From the NCBI GenBank assembly GCA_029838195.1, contig JALGVJ010000001.1, forward strand, positions 227,107 through 291,106: a DNA stretch of 64,000 nucleotides, given 5' to 3'. The notes under the pieces are model-generated. The model ran no database searches. It saw only the letters and a list, made by a program, of their open reading frames with translations, and was not told where the DNA came from. This document shows, one piece after another, positions 1 through 9,278 of this stretch. The DNA comes from Promethearchaeota archaeon. GTDB lineage: Archaea > Asgardarchaeota > Lokiarchaeia > Sigyniarchaeales > SOKP01. The first letter of the stretch is position 1. Every line of letters begins with the position of its first letter. The translations under genes were made by a program, and so were the position numbers.

Positions 1-54
1 TATGAGAAGACATGAAGGTTTCATAAATAAAAAAGAGAATTACCTCAAAAAAAC

Positions 55-630
55 TTATTTAACCCTATCAAACGCCCATTTCGCCTTATCCACCAAGCCT
101 AAGGCTTCATAAGATTTTCCTAAATAATAAAAAGCGTCGGGAAAATTAAAATTCTCCTTTACCAGTTTAAATAAAGAGCCTATTGCCAGATCATACCGTC
201 TTCGAAAATAATTAATTTTCCCCCGTAAAAAAAGCAATTTTTGTTTTTGGTCCTTAGATAAGTGGGTTTCATTATAACCATTTAGCATGGCAAGAGCACT
301 ATTATATTGTTTTTTCTCGATCATGAATTCTAAAGCTTCTATAAATTTTAAAAAGCGAATCTTCTCCGTGATTACTTCAATCTTCTTTGCAGCTTTCTCT
401 TGCGCCACCCGTTTCTCTTCTTCTAATCTCTCTTTTTCAAATTGTTTCAGATAAGTTTCATATTTAGCTAAAACTGATGGGGGATAAGGTTCATGACAAA
501 CCGGGCAGTTCTTTGAATGTACATACCATTCTTTAAAACAGTGCTCGTGCGCCACATGGCCATTCGGACAAACAACTGCACCATTTAATGAACTCTCAAC
601 CTCTAAATAACAAATTATGCATTTCGGCAT
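55..630 (-). CDS. RING-H2 zinc finger protein with C-terminal TPR repeats (putative E3 ubiquitin ligase)
   Basis: N-terminal C-x2-C...C-x3-H-x2-H-x2-C...W...CPVC RING-H2 pattern, a charged coiled linker, then TPR helices (LFLRGKINYF..YDLAI; DAFYYLGKSYEALG..DKAKWAF). Confidence 0.85.
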   Translation of the reverse strand: MPKCIICYLEVESSLNGAVVCPNGHVAHEHCFKEWYVHSKNCPVCHEPYPPSVLAKYETYLKQFEKERLEEEKRVAQEKAAKKIEVITEKIRFLKFIEALEFMIEKKQYNSALAMLNGYNETHLSKDQKQKLLFLRGKINYFRRRYDLAIGSLFKLVKENFNFPDAFYYLGKSYEALGLVDKAKWAFDRVK

Positions 631-890
631 TAGATAGCTCTCCTTACTCTTCTAATAATATTTTCTCATGCCTATTTATAAACTAATAATAAAATTATGG
701 GTTTTTAAGAATTTGCTATTCAACAAGCAGTGACATATCTATTATACTACTAATATTTTTTACCCTCCTTTTCTCCTCGTCCTCATGACCTCTCACGAAA
801 AATGATCCTCATTTCTAATTGAATATCATGTCAAAGTTTTTTTACAATAAATTTTATATTCTTCACTAAAAGAATCACGAATTTTATTGT

Positions 891-2453
891 TTGAACTTTA
901 TCATGGTCTTAAATAGAAATCAAATTTTTTCCACTCTGTTCAATAATTTTCTCTCCGAAAAGAATGAAGTCGTTGCTGTCATTCTCTCTGATGACCAAGG
1001 GCTCATGCTCGCAGGTGAAAAAAGAAAAGAGCTGGACATGGAAATCATCGCCGTATTAACTAGTATCATTAATCCCATATTACAACGCATCCGAAATGAA
1101 TTTGCTTTCCAAAAATTTGGCTCCGCTTCCTTTGATACGAATAAATATCGGTTGCTCTTTATTTCCATTGATGAATTCACCACGCTGAGTCTGGTCTTAG
1201 ACACGATGGCTTCAATTGATAAAATTGCGCCTTATGGCTATTTTCTTGCCGAAAAATCAGCTCAAATTCTCGAAGCTACCGATGAGGACATGATACAAGT
1301 TTCCATACCGAATTTTGAACATGAAGCGGAAGAAAGTGAAAGGTTAAAAAACCAAATTTATCAATTGCGCTTAGATCATGGAGGAAAATATCGATTCAAG
1401 TTCATTATAATTGGAGATCATGAGGTTGGAAAGACCTCGCTTATTAAACAATTTGTAGAAAAAAAATTTTCCCATGATTACCGCGCTACAATCGGAATTA
1501 ACATAACCACACACTCAATTCAACTATTCGGGAATGAGATTATATTTTCTTTGTGGGATATCGGAGCTCAAGAATATTTTAGACGTTTTCGTCGAACATA
1601 TTATAATGGAAGTAAGGCGGCGTTTATTGTATTTAGTTTAACGGATGAAAAATCATTTAAAAACGTGAAAACGTGGTTTGATGAATTAATGGATTTTCTT
1701 CCCACTAAAGACATTCCCATTATTATAGTTGGGAATAAGATGGATTTGGAAGATCAGCGGGTAGTATCTTATCAAGAGGGTGTGAAATTAGCCGGTAGTT
1801 TGGGAATGAAGAGAATTTCATACATCGAGACATCTGCGCTAACGGGAGCCAATGTAGAAGACGCATTTTCTCTCATTGCCTTTAATTACATTCAAAAAAT
1901 TAGAGAAAATGAAGAAATACGGCTTCAAGAAGAGCTTTTAAAAGAATTGGACCTCATTTTAGAGAAGAAAAAACCGCTCATTTTGGTATTCATCACGGAA
2001 TCGGCTTTCTGGAGTCCAGGGCTTCAAATCATGTGTGAAACTATGGGAATGGGTCGGTGCGTATATTCTGAAGATAAAAAAGAATGGAGGATCTATGAGT
2101 TCTCCAACGGTTTAATTGTAAGAAGTCATTTACCGGCTAACATGAAAGTAGCTGATGCGAATGGCATCTTATGCATTTTTGACGCCCGAGGAAAAGCCCA
2201 TGCGGAGCCGCGATGGCGGGAAATAATTATTAGGATCATGGAAGAAGTGGAAGAAAACACCGTGATCTTAGTGGGGATACACGTTAGCAGCGATATTAAT
2301 TGGTCTCAACTTTTAGAAGAATTGGACGTGAGTGATTATCTCGAAAAAAAGATGGTCTCGGTATTATTTTTTAAAATAGGGTTCGAATATGAATTAGAAA
2401 TTTATGATCAGCTAAAAGTAATGCTTAGCACGATTAATTCACTCATATTTTAA
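891..2453 (+). CDS. Roadblock/LC7 domain + Rab-like small GTPase + degenerate C-terminal GTPase-like domain
   Basis: N-terminal VVAVILSDDQGLMLA Roadblock pattern; G1 GDHEVGKT, G2 YRATIG, G3 WDIGAQ, G4 NKMD, G5 TSAL. The C-terminal ~170 aa has GILCIFD and VILVG strands but no P-loop. The start may be ATG 903. Confidence 0.85.
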   Translation: MNFIMVLNRNQIFSTLFNNFLSEKNEVVAVILSDDQGLMLAGEKRKELDMEIIAVLTSIINPILQRIRNEFAFQKFGSASFDTNKYRLLFISIDEFTTLSLVLDTMASIDKIAPYGYFLAEKSAQILEATDEDMIQVSIPNFEHEAEESERLKNQIYQLRLDHGGKYRFKFIIIGDHEVGKTSLIKQFVEKKFSHDYRATIGINITTHSIQLFGNEIIFSLWDIGAQEYFRRFRRTYYNGSKAAFIVFSLTDEKSFKNVKTWFDELMDFLPTKDIPIIIVGNKMDLEDQRVVSYQEGVKLAGSLGMKRISYIETSALTGANVEDAFSLIAFNYIQKIRENEEIRLQEELLKELDLILEKKKPLILVFITESAFWSPGLQIMCETMGMGRCVYSEDKKEWRIYEFSNGLIVRSHLPANMKVADANGILCIFDARGKAHAEPRWREIIIRIMEEVEENTVILVGIHVSSDINWSQLLEELDVSDYLEKKMVSVLFFKIGFEYELEIYDQLKVMLSTINSLIF

Positions 2454-2485
2454 CGTGTTCAATTCACTCATATTTTAACGTGTTC
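2436..2485 (+). repeat. Exact 25-bp tandem duplication spanning the GTPase stop codon
   Basis: aattcactcatattttaacgtgttc at 2436-2460 and again at 2461-2485. Confidence 0.95.
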
Positions 2486-2738
2486 AATGAGGGCGTGAAA
2501 GAGAAAAATTATTGGAAAAGCAAGGTTTGGTATAGAAATTAATTTTAAGAAATAACATGTATTTAATTTCAAAGAGCATCAACCACGAGCTTGTTATACC
2601 TTATTCTTTATTCCATTAAAAGGAAATGCTCCTGAAGATAAATACAGAAAAACAAAAGAGAAAAGGAGCAAGAATTCTAAAAAAAATGGAGGTGAAGAAT
2701 GCAAAAAAAGTTTAGTTTTTAATGCCCCCCTCGAAAAA

Positions 2739-3680
2739 GTGAGTAACCCTAGTACAAATCATTTAAGTTCAGTCAGGCACTTGCTAAAAAAATCTTCCAC
2801 ATTTAAGGAGAAAAGTGGCGTAAAAGATAGTATTGGCTCTGAAAATACATTCAAGAAAGAGAAATCAGACTCAGAGTCTTTTGAACATGTTCGGATCAAG
2901 AAGTTTTTAAGGGATAATCTCCCCTTGCACAATGATATAACTGTAATTGCCGAAGAAAAAGTATTTGGTACGAGACGTGCTGATCTTTATTTACTATTAA
3001 AAAACAAAAAGAAAATCACAATTGAGATTCAGCATTCTCCCATGACTTCAAGGGAGTTGCTCAAGCGTACTACTGATTATACGGCTCAAGATATTCACGT
3101 GTTGTGGATTTTTAACGGAACCACTTTCTCAAGATACCCTTTCCTCCAACATGGGATTCAAATGACACGGCTTGAAAAACTCGTCCATCACTTGTACAAT
3201 GGAAGGATCTATTACGTGAATGCTTTAGAAGAAGGACTAGCCACTTCCATTTACCCCCTTCACTTTGCTCCTTTTCAAGAAACTCAAAAATTAATGCATG
3301 GATTAGTATATTTTAAGCGATCTCATCATAAAAAATCGGTAATTCCGGGTAAATTGTCCTCCCTCAAATTACTTACCTTCCGACATGAAAAATTAAAACT
3401 TGCCCGATTTACCGACGAAAATGTGAAAATAACATGCAAAAAAAAGCTCCTTTCTTTTATTAATAACTTCAAACTCGCTGAATTCCAAAAGGTACATGAA
3501 ATTTCACCCTCCTTGACCGATATCGAGAAATTATTGTTCATGATAATGAGAAAATATGAACATGAGTTTGGAATCCATTTAATCTATGATATATTAAAAC
3601 AAATACGCCTCTTGAAGAAAAATGAGTTTTATTTCTTAAAAACCATTTCAAGATATAACCGGAAAAATTTTCAAGGGTGA
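2739..3680 (+). CDS. CoiA-like PD-(D/E)XK nuclease family protein
   Basis: EHVRIK...RRADLYL...IEIQHS...RTTDY...VLWIF motif series typical of CoiA-like nucleases; start codon uncertain. Confidence 0.7.
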   Translation: MSNPSTNHLSSVRHLLKKSSTFKEKSGVKDSIGSENTFKKEKSDSESFEHVRIKKFLRDNLPLHNDITVIAEEKVFGTRRADLYLLLKNKKKITIEIQHSPMTSRELLKRTTDYTAQDIHVLWIFNGTTFSRYPFLQHGIQMTRLEKLVHHLYNGRIYYVNALEEGLATSIYPLHFAPFQETQKLMHGLVYFKRSHHKKSVIPGKLSSLKLLTFRHEKLKLARFTDENVKITCKKKLLSFINNFKLAEFQKVHEISPSLTDIEKLLFMIMRKYEHEFGIHLIYDILKQIRLLKKNEFYFLKTISRYNRKNFQG

Positions 3681-3813
3681 ACTTAAATTAAAAATTATAA
3701 AAAACAATTACATGAGAGCAAAAGAAAAAAAAGAATTTAAAAAAAATTAATAGGATGTAAAAAAAAAATTATTTAAAAATTAAGATTTAAAAAGTTTCCC
3801 TTGAACCACTTCT

Positions 3814-4239
3814 TTATCCTTCTAAATCTTCAAGGAAATCGCCGAACATGGCTAGAATTTCTCCATACGCAATGGCATCTTGTAAATTTCCTTCAATCTT
3901 CAAATCTCCGGACATGTAGGCGCTTGTAGAATCAATTTCCCCGCTTCCAAGTCCGGCCCACGTTGCTGCTGTAGCACTCATTGTCACGGTTGGCTCCTCT
4001 GCTTCTCCTTCTCCATATTCAAACTTCCCTTCTCCTAATTTTATCCAGAACTTGAAATCGGTATCACTATAATTATTTTGAACTACAATCGTGTCTAAAT
4101 CTTCCAGTTCCTCCTTAATTTCTTCATCTTCCTGAGCAATTTGCTTGTAGACTTCAAAAAGAGTTAACGCGTCTCTCGGTTCGGCTTGTCCTTTATCTCT
4201 CATTTCCGCTAATTTTTTTAATAATTCTGCATCCACCAT
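3814..4239 (-). CDS. SCP2 sterol/lipid-binding domain protein
   Basis: EPTVTMS...GEIDSTSAYMSGDLKIEGNL signature of SCP2 domains. Confidence 0.88.
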   Translation of the reverse strand: MVDAELLKKLAEMRDKGQAEPRDALTLFEVYKQIAQEDEEIKEELEDLDTIVVQNNYSDTDFKFWIKLGEGKFEYGEGEAEEPTVTMSATAATWAGLGSGEIDSTSAYMSGDLKIEGNLQDAIAYGEILAMFGDFLEDLEG

Positions 4240-4392
4240 TTTATTCCCTCACCTCATATGAAAGGATATAAATTTTAACTTTTTAAATAAAATTTCTGTT
4301 AGATGATTAGTATTCTTTTTTTTTAATTAATAAAGATTTTGCCTATCCTTAGGAGGTTCTTTAACCTTCCTTCCTCATGAAAATTATCTTAT

Positions 4393-5460
4393 TTATTTCT
4401 TTAAGCGCAGTTTTAATTTTTGGGCTATGAGATCGCCCATTTCCACAGTAGACAGCGTTTTCAAAGTGGAATTTTTGATATCCACAGTCCTTCCTTCTGC
4501 TAATGCCTCTTCCACGGCAAACTCGATTTCATTTCCTAATTCGTTTTGAGCAAAACTAATGGATAGCATTAATTTTACGCTTAAAATGGTGCCAATGGGA
4601 TTGGCAATATTCTTCCCTGCGATATCTGGTGCTGAACCATGAATGGGCTCATACATTGACACTTTATTAGGATGAATGTTTCCGCTAGAGGCCATTCCAA
4701 GGCTTCCAATTAAAAATGCAGCCTCATCACTTGCGATGTCGCCAAACATGTTTCCTAGAACGACTGTTTGAAATTTATAGGGCTCCCGAATTAACCATTG
4801 GCAAAATGAATCGATATAATAATCTTCTTTTTTCAGTGAAGGATATTTTTCTCCTATTTCATGAAATATGGTCCTCCATAATTGGCTTGTTTTCAACACG
4901 TTCGCCTTGTCAACGGAAGTGATTTTTTGATGGTTCATTTGCTTAGCAAATTCAAACGCATAGGATATTATTCTCTCACATCCTTTTCTCGTGTATATCA
5001 TGAGGTTTTGAGCGACCTCGTTTTTCAAAATACCGCCGATATTTGCATAAAGACCTTCCGTATTTTCCCGCACGAACGTAATGTCGATGCCCGGACCAAT
5101 GTATTCCTCTTTTAGGGGGCATCTATCTCGCAACGTCTCATAAAGCTTGACAGGCCGTAAATTAACGTAAAGATCGAGTCCTTGTCGGATTTTTAGAATC
5201 GCAATTTCTGCCACCCCTTGCGGCAGACCGGGTATACCGATGGCTCCAAAAAGAAGCGCGTCTGAATTCTTTATAGTTTCAAATGACTTGTCGGGCAAAC
5301 TTACACCATATTCCTTCCACACACCTCCTCCGGCAGGTGCTTCTCTCAATTCAAACTGTAATTCGGAATAATCCTCTATGACTTTTAATATTTTAATTCC
5401 TTCTCTAATGACTTCTGGTCCTACACCATCTCCTTCGGTTACGGCAATAACTTTTTTCAC
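4393..5460 (-). CDS. leuB: 3-isopropylmalate dehydrogenase (isocitrate/isopropylmalate dehydrogenase family)
   Basis: GDGVGPEV, NLRPVKL, RENTEGLY, VDKANVL, NMFGDIASD, EPIHGSAPDIAGKNIANP. Confidence 0.85.
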   Translation of the reverse strand: MKKVIAVTEGDGVGPEVIREGIKILKVIEDYSELQFELREAPAGGGVWKEYGVSLPDKSFETIKNSDALLFGAIGIPGLPQGVAEIAILKIRQGLDLYVNLRPVKLYETLRDRCPLKEEYIGPGIDITFVRENTEGLYANIGGILKNEVAQNLMIYTRKGCERIISYAFEFAKQMNHQKITSVDKANVLKTSQLWRTIFHEIGEKYPSLKKEDYYIDSFCQWLIREPYKFQTVVLGNMFGDIASDEAAFLIGSLGMASSGNIHPNKVSMYEPIHGSAPDIAGKNIANPIGTILSVKLMLSISFAQNELGNEIEFAVEEALAEGRTVDIKNSTLKTLSTVEMGDLIAQKLKLRLKK

Positions 5461-6047
5461 GTGAATGCTCGCCTCAAATTCCTATTCTACGTTTTGTTTC
5501 TAAAAATGAACGATTCTTTAATTAATTTTTTGAGAATCATACGTTTTTTGTTAATCGGGCCTTCAAACGAGGTCCAGTGCTAAAGTTAAACAATAATGAA
5601 AAGCGGAAAGTATAAAATGAAAAAGAAGACATGTCTCTTGTATTTTTAGGTCAGTTTCATCTTATTAATTAACAAAATTAAATTGAGCAAATTAGAAAGA
5701 TTGTGCCCTTAACACTCGTGAATCGCATGGATCTATCTTTCCTTTCCAAATTAAAATAAATTTTTTCATTGATTCAAATCGTAAATTATTCATGTCTGAT
5801 CTAATAAAAATCTCATTCAATTATTTAGCCAAAATAAGTGAATATTCAAAATTCAATGGCCGTTTATTACTCACATCCCTCATTTTCAAGGTCTATCCCT
5901 CAACAGGAAAAAAATTTAAAATCATGAAAGATCTCAAGGCTAAAGGCTCAGAACCCCATTTGCCGGTTTTTTGCTTAAACTTCACTTTTTGTCGAATTGG
6001 TTGAAAATATTAACTCAATCATGCAATAGGAACGATCTAACATAACA

Positions 6048-6055
6048 TTTATATA
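6048..6055 (+). promoter_or_regulatory. Probable TATA box of the histone gene
   Basis: TTTATATA about 90 bp upstream of the ATG; GGAGG Shine-Dalgarno at 6134-6138. Confidence 0.45.
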
Positions 6056-6146
6056 TTTGAATTGAATATTATTATTTAAGAAACTTCTATGTAAGAATTT
6101 TCTCATGTAAAATTTTATCAAGAATAAAAAAGTGGAGGAATAAAAA

Positions 6147-6359
6147 ATGGCTAAAAAAATATTCGCCTGGAGCCCAATTAGAAAATTAATGAAAGATAAT
6201 GGCGCAGAAATGGTAGCACGAGATGCCGTGGACGCTTTAATCGATTATTTAGAAGCTTTAGCGAAAAACGTGACCAATAAAGCTCTTGAAATGACCCGAC
6301 ACGCTGGACGCAAGAAGCTCGTGCTCGAAGATCTCGAATTGGCGCTCAAGGTTTTATAG
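6147..6359 (+). CDS. Archaeal histone (HMf family, tail-less)
   Basis: 70 aa histone fold: PIRKLMK..GAEMVARDAV...HAGRKKL..EDL; good SD; T-rich tract downstream. Confidence 0.93.
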   Translation: MAKKIFAWSPIRKLMKDNGAEMVARDAVDALIDYLEALAKNVTNKALEMTRHAGRKKLVLEDLELALKVL

Positions 6360-6929
6360 AATTGCAATCTTTAAAGTATCAATTTCCCAATAACTAACGT
6401 TTTTTTCTTTTTCTATTTATAAAAATTCTCTTTTAAAAGTTAATCGCCCTTCTTAATTGAGCCTATTTTTGACTCTCTAAAATTAATGGAAGTTTAAACA
6501 TCGTTTATCAATAACCGACAAAAATTCACTCCATCTCGTCTTAAATCATGACGGATTCATCCGTAAAAATTTCAGCCCACAAAAATGATCATTTTCATGC
6601 AGTTCCTTCCACGTCCATGAAATTTCTGCAAGAACGCTTTAACCCGTTGTAGAACCCGATTGCTCGATTCTTGACAAAATTCACGGGGGTAAAGATTTGC
6701 TTTTCGTCGGAGCATCTTTAATGATTTTTAAAATTCAGTTAAATATAAAATATTAAAAATGCCCTCCATTTAAATTGGGAGATTAAAAAAAATCAACGAA
6801 CAAAACAATATACATCATCCTAAAAAAAAAACAACAAAAATAAAAAAACCAATAAAAATAAAAAAAAACAACGAAAATAAAAAAAAAGTTAACATGCTTT
6901 TTACAAGCGTTCTGTTTCCTCAAGAATCC

Positions 6930-7220
6930 CTATTCATCTTCTTCCTTGTGAAAATACCACTTGTAGAGCAAACTCATGTTTTTTCTGGGAAATAATCCTA
7001 CTATATCTCCCTCCTTAACGTTCTTATTAATTCCCGCATACCTGTTATTAACAAATATATGCCCAAGTTCAGAAGGCTCAATAGAAAATTTTTCTATTAT
7101 GTCTTTAACCTTCCTTACATCTGCCGAGTCTACTTGAATAATACGGGGAAATCCCGTCTCCGTCGTATCTCCCTCTATTTTCTCCTTTAAAAGCCCAAAT
7201 AGCTTGACCTTTATGCCCAT
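6930..7220 (-). CDS. MoaD/ThiS-like beta-grasp protein lacking the C-terminal GG
   Basis: IKVKLFG..., IFVNN...VKEGDIVGLFP; directly downstream of the AOR gene; ends in RKNMSLLYKWYFHKEEDE. Confidence 0.75.
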   Translation of the reverse strand: MGIKVKLFGLLKEKIEGDTTETGFPRIIQVDSADVRKVKDIIEKFSIEPSELGHIFVNNRYAGINKNVKEGDIVGLFPRKNMSLLYKWYFHKEEDE

Positions 7221-7238
7221 CTTCTCATTTTGTTGTTC

Positions 7239-8984
7239 CTAAAACACTTTATCAAGTTCTTCCTCTGAAACGTTGAAAACTTCATTCGTGGGTGGTAAAG
7301 GCTCCAAAACCATGAATTCAGGAAGTCTATCATGAGCCTTGGTAAAGCCTGCTGCTTTATTGAAATTTAATTCGGTATCCAGAATCTGTTGTCCAATTTT
7401 TGCAACATCTTCCACCTTAAGATCAGTTCCATATACTCCATTTATTGATTCTACAACGCCTTCTAAACCTGATGGGATATCAAGAATTGCAAAGGCGATA
7501 AACAAACAATAACCTGAAGCATCAACGGCAGCGGTTGCAAGTTGTAGATTACGAGATAAATCTGATTTCTTTACATCCCGGGGATCAGCAGTCCCTCCCA
7601 CGCCCATGATTTCAGTGGCTATACAATATCCAGCAGTGTGGTCCGCTCCCATTGGCGTAGTGGCGTAGGTAACACCGATACCTTTAATTGCACGCGGGTC
7701 GTAAGCTGGAATACCTTGTCCTTTGACGGTAGGAACTCTCCAAACACCATAAGCTCGTGCCGTGTATTCTGTACCGTTTGCGATGATTCTCCCTAAGGGC
7801 GTTTTGTTTCGAACTTCTTCTAATAGTTCAATGGCTTTCTGTCCATCTCCAAAATCAAGAACGCCGCCTTCCATGGCAACGGCTATAGTATCCCCGCATT
7901 CAATCGTATCCAGGCCTAAATCATTGCATTGTCGGTTTAGTTCACCTATGATATCTAGGTCATAGATTCCACAATTTGGTCCCAATGCCCAAGTTGATTC
8001 ATATTCTAAAACGCCTACGGGGTTTTCTCCGTTAGGGTCCACCCAAACTTCAGAGCATTGGATGACACAGCCCGGATGGCAGGCATGGGGTCTTTGGCCA
8101 GCTCCACCCCTTTTCTTGATTTCTTCAGCTTTTTTCTCACCGGATACCATGGCTGCTTGATCCGATTGACCGGCAGAGAAATTTTTTTGAGGCAATCCTC
8201 CAGCTTCATTAATGATGTTTATTAAGACATCCGTTCCATAGGAATTTAAAGCACCTCCGGGTTTAGTTACATCATGAGTAGTAAGAGCCTCTCTAAGTTT
8301 TCGAATTCCTTGATTAAATAATTCTTCATTTTTAATTTCCACGCCAGGAGCATCCGTATCATCCACAATGATAAATTTCAAGCCTCTTGAATACATGACA
8401 GCACCTAATCCGCCTCTTCCGGCATATCTGGAGGGCAAGCCATCTATATCATTAAAACACAATCCGGAGTTAGCACTTAATAGTTCTGCTGCTATTCCTA
8501 CACCACAGATTCCTACATTCTTGCCAAACTCGTTGTAAAGATCTTTATAGGCCTCGTAAAGTCCTTTTCCGAGCCATTTATTAGCATTTAGTAATTCTGC
8601 TCCATCCTTGTTAATTTTTAACAGGTATTTATCATTATCCTCTGCCTTACCTTCCACTACGATCGCAGCAATTCGCAAGCGAGCTACTTTTTGACCGAAA
8701 GACGTTCCTGCGTTGGCTTCTTTAATTCCGCCAGTCAAGGGCGATTTTCCTCCAACAGAAATTCTACCCGAGCTTGGAGCTTTAGTTCCGGTGACCAAGC
8801 CAGGTGCTAAAACCACTTTATTAGAGGGTCCTAGGGGGTGGCACGTAGGGGGTACCTCTTTGGCAACGATAGTGGAGGTAAGCCCTCTTCCACCTAAAGC
8901 ATAGTATTCTTCGGGCAGATCTTCAAATTTGATGGAACGATCTGTCATATTTACTCTTAAAATTTTTCTTGGCAATAATTTCAC
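7239..8984 (-). CDS. aor: Tungsten-containing aldehyde:ferredoxin oxidoreductase
   Basis: KSPLTGGIKEANAG, AGRGGLGAVM, CHPGCVIQC, EYES, GLDTI, PAYDPR, GADH motifs. The real start is probably TTG at 8975, with the listed GTG forming part of a GGTGA SD. Confidence 0.92.
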   Translation of the reverse strand: MKLLPRKILRVNMTDRSIKFEDLPEEYYALGGRGLTSTIVAKEVPPTCHPLGPSNKVVLAPGLVTGTKAPSSGRISVGGKSPLTGGIKEANAGTSFGQKVARLRIAAIVVEGKAEDNDKYLLKINKDGAELLNANKWLGKGLYEAYKDLYNEFGKNVGICGVGIAAELLSANSGLCFNDIDGLPSRYAGRGGLGAVMYSRGLKFIIVDDTDAPGVEIKNEELFNQGIRKLREALTTHDVTKPGGALNSYGTDVLINIINEAGGLPQKNFSAGQSDQAAMVSGEKKAEEIKKRGGAGQRPHACHPGCVIQCSEVWVDPNGENPVGVLEYESTWALGPNCGIYDLDIIGELNRQCNDLGLDTIECGDTIAVAMEGGVLDFGDGQKAIELLEEVRNKTPLGRIIANGTEYTARAYGVWRVPTVKGQGIPAYDPRAIKGIGVTYATTPMGADHTAGYCIATEIMGVGGTADPRDVKKSDLSRNLQLATAAVDASGYCLFIAFAILDIPSGLEGVVESINGVYGTDLKVEDVAKIGQQILDTELNFNKAAGFTKAHDRLPEFMVLEPLPPTNEVFNVSEEELDKVF

Positions 8985-9278
8985 CTTTTTTTTGTTGTAT
9001 TAATAATATTATCAGCGTTTTATTTAAATTTATGTTTTTAGCGTCATGTATGCATTGATATAACGCATGGAGAAGACGATAGGAATTAGTAAATCTCTCT
9101 CAATTAAAAAGAAATGGCAAAACTTCATGGTAAAGGATGGTGGAAGCATCTTGAGCTCGTATTGAGAGAAATTTTTCGCTTTTACAAAAATAATATAAAT
9201 TGTACTTTGATTACATGATACCATGAATCTCTTTTAGGATTTATCCTGCATTATATTCTCGTAGAATATCTATAAGGA

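Noticed and set aside
2699-2722. A_AAA_AAG as a programmed -1 frameshift into the nuclease
   Set aside because: The -1 frame hits TAG at once; only a +1 shift reaches the nuclease frame.
5792-6004. 70-aa ORF upstream of the histone gene
   Set aside because: No motif or SD and intergenic-like composition; cannot be supported.
6780-6890. A-rich low-complexity tract
   Set aside because: Best explained as minus-strand oligo-T termination sequence after the aor operon; no regular repeat unit.
9030-9224. 64-aa ORF upstream of aor
   Set aside because: Lies in the probable promoter region and has no recognisable features.
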